Origin: Microseira sp. BLCC-F43
GTDB lineage: Bacteria; Cyanobacteriota; Cyanobacteriia; Cyanobacteriales; Aerosakkonemataceae
Assembly: GCF_041929235.1 (NCBI RefSeq)
Contig: NZ_JBHFNP010000022.1
Span: 97,330-129,329, forward strand
DNA: 32,000 nucleotides
Direction of reading: 5' to 3'
The notes beneath the pieces were generated by a model. The model saw nothing but the letters and a program-made list of their open reading frames with translations, was not told the origin of the DNA and did no database searches. This document shows, in pieces, positions 24,622 to 32,000 of the stretch (position 1 is the stretch's first letter; every line of letters starts with the position of its first letter). The position numbers and the translations under genes were made by a program.

Positions 24622-25815
24622 TCACGCGCTCACTTGCTCCTCTACTCGCCTGCTTCCCTCCCCGCGTCTCCCCGTCTCCCCGTCTCCCCGTCTCCCCACC
24701 CCGGATTCAATCGGCGTTGTGGTAGACACCATTGCTGCCATTAGCTGTTCGGGTACGACTTTAAACGGTAGGCGGTGGATATCGGAATTAGGATTGCAGG
24801 CAATTTCAGCTGCTTGCCGCAATTCTTTTAAGGTAATATTCCCCAGTGCCAAATCGTCTAAGGTTTGAGGTAAGCCGATTTCGGCATAAAATTTCAACAG
24901 TTGCTGTCTGGCAGTTGCTGCTAGTTGATTGCCCTGCACCATTTCTTCCAATCGCAGTTGCACGAGGATACCGTAGGCGACTTTTTCCCCGTGTAAGGCA
25001 TCGTGGGCGGCGGGGATATGAGTTAATCCATTATGAACCGCGTGGGCGGCGACGGTGCGACACTGGGCGCCTCCCAATCCGCCAATCACTCCCGCCAGCA
25101 ATACCGTTGCATCCACGACTTCGCGCCAAACTTCGCCCCCCGGTTCTTTAAGGGCATCTGCGGATTTTTGGAACAGGATATCTCGTAAAATTCTGGCTTG
25201 TTGTACCGCAGCAATAATCAAAGTTTGCTCTGAAGTGCCGCTGCTTACCGATGCTTCGTACCACTTCGCCAAAGCATCGCCAATTCCAGCGACTAAGGTA
25301 CGTTGGGGGGCAGTTTGAATCAAACTGTAATCGAGTACCAGCAAGTCGGGACAGCGGTCTAAGGGTACGTCGTAGAGGAATGCGCCCTGTGGGGAATAGA
25401 CGTTAGAAAGCGCGGTCCAAGCGGCACAGGTAGCGCCAGAAGTGGGGATGGTGACGATGGGTAGGTGGCACTGATGGGCGAGTAATTTAGCGGTATCGAG
25501 GGCTTTGCCGCCGCCAACACCGATAATAAAGTCGGCTTGGTGCTGTTCGATTTGCGATCGCAACATCGCCAAACTATCCTCGCTACAATCTGGACTGTAG
25601 GATGCCCAAGCCGCAGACAGTTGTTGGCAGGCAATCGCTGGCTGTAATCTAGGATGAACGACAGCTAGCGTCCGATCGCCTCCCACCACCAAAGGACGGT
25701 TGCCCATGCGGGCAAGATCGACATTCTCCAATGCCAAGTTCCCCCGTACAACTTGCGCGGGGGCAACGGTCAAAGTCAGCGAACCAGTAGCAGTTAAAGA
25801 TGACACGTTAGACAA
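24622..25815 (-). CDS. Iron-containing alcohol / glycerol dehydrogenase family protein with a repeat-encoded C-terminal tail (TTG start)
   Basis: GGGKALDTAK motif and conserved His region HAVHNGLTH..HGEKVAYG. The tail GVGRRGDGETGRRGEG is encoded by the CGTCTCC heptamers. Confidence 0.8.
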   Translation of the reverse strand: MSNVSSLTATGSLTLTVAPAQVVRGNLALENVDLARMGNRPLVVGGDRTLAVVHPRLQPAIACQQLSAAWASYSPDCSEDSLAMLRSQIEQHQADFIIGVGGGKALDTAKLLAHQCHLPIVTIPTSGATCAAWTALSNVYSPQGAFLYDVPLDRCPDLLVLDYSLIQTAPQRTLVAGIGDALAKWYEASVSSGTSEQTLIIAAVQQARILRDILFQKSADALKEPGGEVWREVVDATVLLAGVIGGLGGAQCRTVAAHAVHNGLTHIPAAHDALHGEKVAYGILVQLRLEEMVQGNQLAATARQQLLKFYAEIGLPQTLDDLALGNITLKELRQAAEIACNPNSDIHRLPFKVVPEQLMAAMVSTTTPIESGVGRRGDGETGRRGEGSRRVEEQVSA

Positions 25816-25950
25816 AGTTTAACTGGGACTATAACAATACCATGTTAGCTGCACAACAACAGACTTTTTGCCAAACAAGATTTCACATCAAGTCCCCCCC
25901 ATCGTTATCGTATCGGTTCGAGCGGGTTTATCTAGAATGAATTTCTGGTT

Positions 25951-26014
25951 GTAGGGGCACGGCATAGAATAACTTTTGGTTTATCCCAAAGGTTTTAAAA
26001 TGCCGTGCCCCTAC
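25951..26014. repeat. Hairpin GTAGGGGCACGGCAT-N34-ATGCCGTGCCCCTAC
   Basis: 15-bp perfect inverted repeat. Confidence 0.85.
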
Positions 26015-26038
26015 TACAAACATTTTTGGAGATAACAT

Positions 26039-26092
26039 AACCCGTTTTAACGGGTTTTAGATGTAGAGACGTTACATGTAACGTCTCTACAT
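26039..26092. repeat. Two adjacent perfect palindromes: AACCCGTTttAACGGGTT and the 32-nt ATGTAGAGACGTTACATGTAACGTCTCTACAT
   Basis: Direct reading. Both are self-complementary. Confidence 0.85.
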
Positions 26093-26134
26093 CGTGAAAT
26101 TTATTTCACCGCTCTTTCACCGTTCCCACCCAAT

Positions 26135-27052
26135 CTAATCCTTAAGCGAAATTGAATAAACCCAACTAGCGTAATTCGGATCGCGGTTTTCTGTAATCGC
26201 TGTCAGTTTTTCCCGCAGCTTTTCCGTAATCGGACGGTTATTAGAGAATTCGTACCCTTCAATCCGTTTTACCGGCGTTATTTTTGCCGCCGTCCCGCTT
26301 AAGAAGACCTCATCAGCGATGTACAATTCTGATTTATCCACTGGTCTTTCTATCGTTTTAATTCCCATATCTTTAGCCAGGGTCAGGATACTATCGCGCG
26401 TAATTCCTTCTAAGATATCCTGTTCGAATCCTGGCGTAATCAGTTGTCCGTTTCGCACCAAAAAGATATTCATTCCCGAAGCTTCGCTGACTTTCCCTTG
26501 GGAATTCATTAAAATTGCTTCATCGAATCCCGATTCTACCGCTTCAGTTTTAGCTAAAGAAGAAGTAATGTAAGCGCCGCTGACTTTTCCTCGTAGCGGT
26601 AAACTGCGGTCTTCTTGACGATACCAGGAACTGATGCGACAACTCACCCCTTCTGCCGCTAAATAATCTCCTAACTCTAACCCATACACAAAAAAGTCTT
26701 TTTCGATTTTATGCAATCTGGGGGCAATTCCCAAATCCGACGTATAAACAAAAGGTCTAATATAAAAAGACGTTTTCGGCTGATTTTTTTTCACCCATGT
26801 TACTATAATTTCTTCGATTTTTTCCGCTGGTAAATCGTACCGCAGCAATCTAGCGCTATCGCTTAATCGTTTGCAATGCCGGTCTAATCTAAACAGTAAA
26901 ATATTGTCTTTATTTTGCGGTTCTGGAATGCCTCGCAATCCGCCAAACGCTGCTGTTCCGTAATGTAAAGCATGGGTAGCGATCGATATTTTAGCGTCTT
27001 CAAAATTCACAAATTGATTTTGAAAGTAAGCGATTGGCAGGAAATTGTACAT
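26135..27052 (-). CDS. ilvE: Branched-chain amino acid aminotransferase
   Basis: 305 aa. N-terminal FVNFEDAKISIATHALHYGTAAFGGLRG and the overall class IV aminotransferase pattern. Confidence 0.88.
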   Translation of the reverse strand: MYNFLPIAYFQNQFVNFEDAKISIATHALHYGTAAFGGLRGIPEPQNKDNILLFRLDRHCKRLSDSARLLRYDLPAEKIEEIIVTWVKKNQPKTSFYIRPFVYTSDLGIAPRLHKIEKDFFVYGLELGDYLAAEGVSCRISSWYRQEDRSLPLRGKVSGAYITSSLAKTEAVESGFDEAILMNSQGKVSEASGMNIFLVRNGQLITPGFEQDILEGITRDSILTLAKDMGIKTIERPVDKSELYIADEVFLSGTAAKITPVKRIEGYEFSNNRPITEKLREKLTAITENRDPNYASWVYSISLKD

Positions 27053-27053
27053 G

Positions 27054-27150
27054 ATTGCAGATTTCTGATTTGAGAATAATTGCAGATTTCTGATTTTATA
27101 TTGCAGATTTTTTACTTGAAAATCTGCAATCTGAAATCTAAAATCTAAAA
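27054..27150. repeat. GCAGATT/AATCTGC heptamer-derived repeats including the hairpin TTGCAGATTTT..AAAATCTGCAA
   Basis: Direct reading, between the ilvE start and the ycf51 stop. Confidence 0.8.
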
Positions 27151-27657
27151 TTTTGGTATTTGAGCCAACTTTTCCGAATAAATTTCGATATCTAGATTTT
27201 GGTCTTCGCGACTGGCGAGACTGCGTTTGACCTGACCCAAATAAAGTGGTTGAGAAACCCCAGGTTTGGGATGGGTAATAGTACGCGCCCGAATCAGCAA
27301 TTGAGCGTTGGCAGAACCCGCTCTACCGTAGGAAAATAAGTCACCGGCAGCTTGGCGGAGGGTAGCATCCAATTCGGATTGAGTAATTTGATTGGGAACG
27401 GCGATCGCAGCCAGGGTCGCCCCATTATCATAAATCACCGAGTAGCGCACTGCACCGGGAATCGCCGTGCGGGTAAACAATCCCAATCCCAAGGCAAACA
27501 AACCCGCCGTCAGGACACCCATAAAACTGGTAGCGCCCACCAGCCGAAAGCGGATACCCCATTTTAAAATAAATCCCATCAGGGTGATGGCAGCGCCGAC
27601 TAAAGTCAGGATACCCGCCCACTGGGAAGCTTGGAAAAAATCAGTTGTTGCTGGCAT
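27145..27657 (-). CDS. ycf51: Ycf51-like membrane protein
   Basis: 170 aa. Two N-terminal TM helices (WAGILTLVGAAITLMGF, ATSFMGVLTAGLFALGLGLF) followed by a soluble domain. Recognised from memory of the family only. Confidence 0.5.
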   Translation of the reverse strand: MPATTDFFQASQWAGILTLVGAAITLMGFILKWGIRFRLVGATSFMGVLTAGLFALGLGLFTRTAIPGAVRYSVIYDNGATLAAIAVPNQITQSELDATLRQAAGDLFSYGRAGSANAQLLIRARTITHPKPGVSQPLYLGQVKRSLASREDQNLDIEIYSEKLAQIPKF

Positions 27658-27982
27658 TGGCGATCTGGCTAATGGCTAATGGATCATGGCGGTGCAAGAC
27701 AAAACTTACTCAAAGCGAGCATTTCGCGCGCTTTGAGGTTTGCTTCCTGCAACTGCGGCTCTGAGTCGGATCCTAACCTGTCCACAGGCGTAAATTCCGC
27801 GCTTGCCGCACGTACTTAGTCTTTGTCATTATCAGTCAAAAGTTGTTTGTCCAGCAAGCTTTCTCGCTCAAAGTTTGAGCGAGATTTGATTGCGTTGCGG
27901 TGTTTGCTGCATAATTTTGGCGGGAATCCTTTAAATACAAGGGTAAACTGCCCAATGCCATACTGGGGGTAAAGTACCAACC

Positions 27983-30412
27983 ATGCAAATCAGTCAAATC
28001 GCCCGAAAATCCAGATTCGTTCTAGATGGAACGGTACTGATAGCGTTATTAATTTTACCTGGGATTCACTACAGCCTTGCTATTTTATGCCGAGATCTGT
28101 ACTTCCAGGATGGTACGACCGCTATTTGGCCTTCAACAGCTGTATATTTGGCGGCAGTGCTGCTGTTGGGATATCGCATCTGGCCTGCTATCCTGGTGAG
28201 CGAACTGATTGCCAATCACTTAATTTTTTATCAAAATAATATATTGTTCGGCACTAGCCAAGCTTTGATTGCTCTGATCGACCCGCTAGTAGCTGGTTTT
28301 CTGATTAATCGCTTTACCCTTCGCCGCCCTATCCTGGAGAAAACTGGAGATGTTTTCCAATTCGTTGTCCTCCTGATGCCGAGTTTGGTGGTTAGTACCA
28401 CGCTTTGCATTACTAGCTTGTGTTTGGTGGGTAAAATGGCTTGGGCAGAATATGGTGACAATTGGTGGGGTTGGTACACTGCCACCTATGCCGGTCAACT
28501 GATCGTCACCCCAGCGATACTGGCGTGGTTTTCGCCATCAAGAGGGCAAAAAAGATATAGCTGGGGAAAGTTTAACGAGTTGTTACTGCTGGTGTTATGC
28601 GCGATCGCCATCTGTCGAATTGCGTTTTGGGGCGGCTATCCCTTGGAGTATATCATCATTGCCCTGCTGATCTGGTCGGCGTTTCGGTTTGGGGCGCCCT
28701 TATCGACTTTAATGGTGGTGGTGGTGAGTGCGATTGCAATTTATGGCACTTCCCACGGTTTCGGATCGTTCTACCGTCAGTCAATCAAAGAATCTTTGTT
28801 ACTTTTGCAATCGTTTATCAGCGTTGTTGCCTTAACCACCTATATTTTATGCGCCGCAATTGAAGATAATAGAATAGCTCAAGCCAAACTGAGAAACTCC
28901 AAAAATGAATTAGAACTCCGCGTCGAAGAACGCACCGCCGAACTAAGACAAGCTAAACTTATCGCCGACCAAGCAAACCAAGCCAAAAGCGAATTCCTAG
29001 CCAACATGAGTCACGAACTGCGTACCCCCCTTAACGGTATCCTTGGGTACGCCCAAATTCTGCAAAACTCCCAAAATTTTAGCCAAAAAGAACGCAAAGG
29101 CATCGACATTATTTACCAGTGCGGTTCCCACCTGCTCACGCTAATTAACGATATCCTAGACCTGTCTAAAATTGAAGCCCGGAAAATGGAACTTTACCCC
29201 AAATATTTCCATTTTTCCTCCTTTCTTGACGGGGTAGCAGAAATTTGCCGCCTCAAAGCCGAGCAAAAAGAAATTGAATTCAACTATCAACCATCCCCTC
29301 AACTGCCCTCTGCCATACATGCCGATGAAAAACGCCTGCGTCAAGTTTTAATTAACCTCTTAGGCAACGCCATTAAATTCACCAACCAAGGAAAAGTAAC
29401 CTTCAAAATCGAAGTAATAAATCCTGGTTCAAGTGAATCTAAAATCTGCCATCTGCCATCTGCAATCTGCCATCCCCTTATTCGCTTTCAAATCGAAGAC
29501 ACTGGCGTTGGCATAAGCGAGGAACAACTCGATAAAATTTTCTTACCTTTCGAGCAGGTTGGCAACACAGAAAAGCGGATGGAAGGCACTGGATTGGGAT
29601 TAGCCATCAGTCAAAAAATTGTATCTTTAATGTCCAGCACAATCTTTGTAAAAAGTCAACCAGAAAAGGGAAGCATTTTCTGGTTTGAGGTAGAATTACC
29701 CCCAGCGTTAAACCTAGAAAGAAATTATAAAAGAATTGAGCAACCCAGCAGCATTATTGGATTTGAAGGCAAAAAACGCAAAATCTTAATTGTCGATGAC
29801 CATTGGGAAAATCGCTCGGTTGTGGTTAATTTACTTTTCCCCCTGGGGTTTGAAGTTTTTGCAGCTAATAACGGTCAAGAAGGGTTAGATAAAGCCAGAG
29901 AAATTCAGCCGGATTTAATTATCACCGATTTGAGAATGCCAGTGATGGATGGGTTAACGATGACCCAGCATATAAGAGAGTCGCCAAATCTGCAAAATGT
30001 AGCGATCGTTGCTTCCTCTGCAAGCGTGTTTGACTACCACCAGCAACAAGCTTTGGCAGCAGGTTGTAATGATTTTCTTCCCAAACCTATCCAAGTCGCA
30101 CAGTTACTAGGGCAATTACAACAACACTTGCAGTTGACCTGGATTTATCAAACTGAAACTGACTATTCAATCAAGGAAAAATCAGCCGCAGATTTAACCA
30201 GTGAAATCCTGTTTCCTCCCGGCGAAGAACTTGTTAAACTGTATCAAGCCGCTGTGAGGTGCGACGTAAATTTGGTTGAGGCAGAAGCAAAACGCATCAA
30301 GCAATTAGACTCTAAATATAAAGCTATTGCCGATAAGTTATTGGCAAGAGCTGACGAGTTTGACGTAGAAGCGATAGCAGAATTATTAGAACCCTATCTT
30401 GCCAGCAACTAA
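27983..30412 (+). CDS. Hybrid sensor histidine kinase: MASE1-like membrane domain, HisKA, HATPase_c, REC, helical C-terminal domain
   Basis: H-box [20 protein letters not shown]-box [13 protein letters not shown]-box DTGVGI / GTGLGL, REC ILIVDD...[14 protein letters not shown]. Confidence 0.9.
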   Translation: MQISQIARKSRFVLDGTVLIALLILPGIHYSLAILCRDLYFQDGTTAIWPSTAVYLAAVLLLGYRIWPAILVSELIANHLIFYQNNILFGTSQALIALIDPLVAGFLINRFTLRRPILEKTGDVFQFVVLLMPSLVVSTTLCITSLCLVGKMAWAEYGDNWWGWYTATYAGQLIVTPAILAWFSPSRGQKRYSWGKFNELLLLVLCAIAICRIAFWGGYPLEYIIIALLIWSAFRFGAPLSTLMVVVVSAIAIYGTSHGFGSFYRQSIKESLLLLQSFISVVALTTYILCAAIEDNRIAQAKLRNSKNELELRVEERTAELRQAKLIADQANQAKSEFLANMSHELRTPLNGILGYAQILQNSQNFSQKERKGIDIIYQCGSHLLTLINDILDLSKIEARKMELYPKYFHFSSFLDGVAEICRLKAEQKEIEFNYQPSPQLPSAIHADEKRLRQVLINLLGNAIKFTNQGKVTFKIEVINPGSSESKICHLPSAICHPLIRFQIEDTGVGISEEQLDKIFLPFEQVGNTEKRMEGTGLGLAISQKIVSLMSSTIFVKSQPEKGSIFWFEVELPPALNLERNYKRIEQPSSIIGFEGKKRKILIVDDHWENRSVVVNLLFPLGFEVFAANNGQEGLDKAREIQPDLIITDLRMPVMDGLTMTQHIRESPNLQNVAIVASSASVFDYHQQQALAAGCNDFLPKPIQVAQLLGQLQQHLQLTWIYQTETDYSIKEKSAADLTSEILFPPGEELVKLYQAAVRCDVNLVEAEAKRIKQLDSKYKAIADKLLARADEFDVEAIAELLEPYLASN

Positions 30413-30415
30413 CCT

Positions 30416-31708
30416 ATGGTAGACGCTCAAAAAAACACGATTCTAATTGTCGATGACAACCCTAACAACATCCGGGTGTTATTTGAGTTTTTACACCAAT
30501 CTGGCTTCAAAGTTTCAGTTGTTAAAAGCGGTGAAGCAGCAATAGAAAAAATTGCATTGATTCAGCCAGACTTGATTTTGTTAGATGTGATGATGCCTGG
30601 AATTGATGGGTTTGAAACCTGCCGCCGTTTGAAAGCAGATCCGAAGGCAAAAGATATCCCAGTCATTTTTATGACTGCCCTCGCCGATACAGAACATAAG
30701 GTAAAAGGGTTGCAAATTGGAGCGGTAGATTACATTACCAAACCATTCCATTTCAGCGAAGTTTTAGCGCGGGTTAACGTGCATTTGGCACTCAGAAACG
30801 CGCGAGTTCAGTTAATTAATGAAGTCGCAGAACGCAAGCAGATTCAAAAGCAGCTTCAGCAAACGCTAAAAGAGTTAAAAAAAGCCCAAACCCAGCTAAT
30901 TCAAAATGAGAAAATGTCTAGCTTGGGTCAACTGGTGGCAGGGGTGGCACACGAAATTAACAATCCAGTTAACTTTATTTACGGCAACATTACCCATGCA
31001 GAGGAATATATCCAAGACTTGTTGAGACTGCTGCAACGCTATCAACAGTACTATCCTAATCCCGTGTCTCAGGTGCAGGCTGAATTAGAGGCAATTGACA
31101 TAGATTTCTTACTCGAAGATCTGCCTAAAATACTAGACTCGATGAAACTTGGAACGGATCGCATTCGACAAATTGTGCAGTCTTTGCGAATCTTCTCCCG
31201 CACCGATGAAGCTGAAATCAAATCTGTAGATATTCACGAGGGAATTGATAGCACTTTGATGATTTTGTCACATAGATTAAAGGCTTTCTCTAATCGCCCT
31301 AACATTGAAATTATTAAAAAATACGGCAATTTACCGCTAGTGGAATGCTACCCCGGACAACTTAACCAAGTGTTTATGAATATCCTCAACAATGCAATTG
31401 ATGCTTTAGAGGAAGCGATTGATATGCAGAAAATATCCACACCTTCGATTGCAATTCGTACCGAAGTTGTGGAGAGCAAAAGCATAGCCATTAGCATTAC
31501 CGATAACGGAATGGGAATGGCTGAAGATATTAAACAAAAGATATTTGACCCCTTTTTTACAACTAAACCCGTGGGTAAAGGAACGGGTATGGGGCTTTCG
31601 ATTTGCTACCAAATTATAACGGAGAAGCACGGCGGAACGCTGTCTTGTGCTTCACAACCGGGACAAGGTACCGAGTTGGCGATCGCAATTCCCCTGACTC
31701 AAACCTAA
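30416..31708 (+). CDS. Response-regulator receiver fused to a histidine kinase (REC-HisKA-HATPase_c)
   Basis: REC ILIVDD...DLILLDVMMPGIDG, H-box AGVAHEINNP, N-box MNILNNAIDA, G-box DNGMGM / GTGMGL. Starts 3 nt after the upstream stop. Confidence 0.9.
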   Translation: MVDAQKNTILIVDDNPNNIRVLFEFLHQSGFKVSVVKSGEAAIEKIALIQPDLILLDVMMPGIDGFETCRRLKADPKAKDIPVIFMTALADTEHKVKGLQIGAVDYITKPFHFSEVLARVNVHLALRNARVQLINEVAERKQIQKQLQQTLKELKKAQTQLIQNEKMSSLGQLVAGVAHEINNPVNFIYGNITHAEEYIQDLLRLLQRYQQYYPNPVSQVQAELEAIDIDFLLEDLPKILDSMKLGTDRIRQIVQSLRIFSRTDEAEIKSVDIHEGIDSTLMILSHRLKAFSNRPNIEIIKKYGNLPLVECYPGQLNQVFMNILNNAIDALEEAIDMQKISTPSIAIRTEVVESKSIAISITDNGMGMAEDIKQKIFDPFFTTKPVGKGTGMGLSICYQIITEKHGGTLSCASQPGQGTELAIAIPLTQT

Positions 31709-32000
31709 ACAGGTAAGTCAGTCCTGGGATTAAATGTTTCAATTTGCCGCAACTTTTCATACAGTTCCCTCTCCCGCAGACTGGGATTTCTGGGAACTAC
31801 GATCTGAATTTCCACTAACTGATCGCCCTTGTCGCCCTCATCAACAGGATAGCCTTTATTTGCCAGTCGCAAACGCTGACCCGACTTCACTCCAGGCGGA
31901 ACCGACATTTTGACTCGTCCATCGAGGGTGGGGACTTCAATTTGTCCGCCCAAAACAGCTTCGCTGGGAGTCACCGGGACAGAACAAACAATATCCGCAC
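31705..32000 (-). CDS. DnaJ/CbpA-type chaperone, C-terminal domain only (N-terminus outside the window)
   Basis: GGQIEVPTLDGRVKMSVPPGVKSGQRLRLANKGYP is the typical DnaJ C-terminal domain II. The ORF is open to the window end. Confidence 0.8.
   Translation of the reverse strand, partial: ADIVCSVPVTPSEAVLGGQIEVPTLDGRVKMSVPPGVKSGQRLRLANKGYPVDEGDKGDQLVEIQIVVPRNPSLRERELYEKLRQIETFNPRTDLPV

Noticed and set aside
24480-24868. Plus-strand ORFs 24480..24725 and 24596..24868 (Pro/Ser-rich)
   Set aside because: They are translations of intergenic hairpin and heptamer DNA and of the antisense strand of the dehydrogenase gene. Low complexity and no start context.
6688-29477. Tandem repeat arrays considered as CRISPR arrays
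   Set aside because: The period is 7 nt with no spacers, the arrays are 20-50 nt long, and no cas genes are present. These are STRR-like microsatellite repeats.
50-31630. Numerous 60-110-aa ORFs nested in or antisense to long ORFs (e.g. 221..451, 2353..2556, 9401..9673, 11244..11576, 13482..13781, 14242..14502, 24846..25151, 25359..25634, 27352..27567, 28231..28485, 31406..31630)
   Set aside because: Each lies inside a longer ORF that has clear family motifs on the other frame or strand. None shows an RBS or recognisable motifs.
31705-31708. 4-nt overlap of the convergent kinase and dnaJ-like genes
   Set aside because: This is a trivial stop-codon overlap (TAA on plus, TTA complement on minus) with no evidence of functional significance.
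1-32000. tRNA, rRNA, tmRNA, RNase P RNA
   Set aside because: I found no T-loop/acceptor-type sequences (GGTTCGAATCC-like) or other hallmark motifs outside coding regions while reading. None is reported.

Overview
This window looks like a chromosomal segment of a filamentous cyanobacterium. HIP1 octamers (GCGATCGC, e.g. 1106-1113, 2421-2428) are frequent. Almost every intergenic region carries 7-nt tandem repeats (GGTAATT/GGTAATG, GCTAATT, GCCATTA, TAGATTT, GCAGATT, CTCTGCG, CGTCTCC) and GTAG-initiated palindromes. Gene content: (i) 1-6683 holds an envelope-glycan modification cluster: MBOAT acyltransferase, a DltD/SGNH-like partner, two GT-C-like membrane proteins, a GT2 polyprenyl-phosphate glycosyltransferase and a small SMR/ArnE-like 4-TM protein. 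(ii) Next come fabH and an ABC exporter. (iii) 10.4-15.7 kb holds a caspase-like CHAT / NB-ARC-like STAND NTPase / TPR gene. It is interrupted by an in-frame TAA and by a TnpB-only IS200/IS605-type element with an intact RuvC triad and a predicted omega-RNA. A small membrane-tailed ORF follows it. (iv) 15.8-16.5 kb holds a small orphan ORF preceded by a long leader with an intrinsic terminator and a mutually exclusive antiterminator helix. (v) The rest comprises a DUF4058-like PD-(D/E)XK protein, hisG, an OmpR-type regulator, two tandem genes sharing an N-terminal HEAT-like module (GUN4 and WD40 C-termini), an acyltransferase, a 2Fe-2S ferredoxin, two aminotransferases, an Fe-ADH-like dehydrogenase, ycf51, two hybrid histidine kinases and a DnaJ C-terminal fragment. 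The most interesting items are the broken CHAT-STAND-TPR locus with its TnpB guest, the unclassified attenuator-like leader RNA, and heptamer repeats that have entered coding sequences in frame. All calls come from reading the sequence and the supplied ORF translations by eye. No searches or folding programs were run, and RNA and repeat coordinates are hand-counted.
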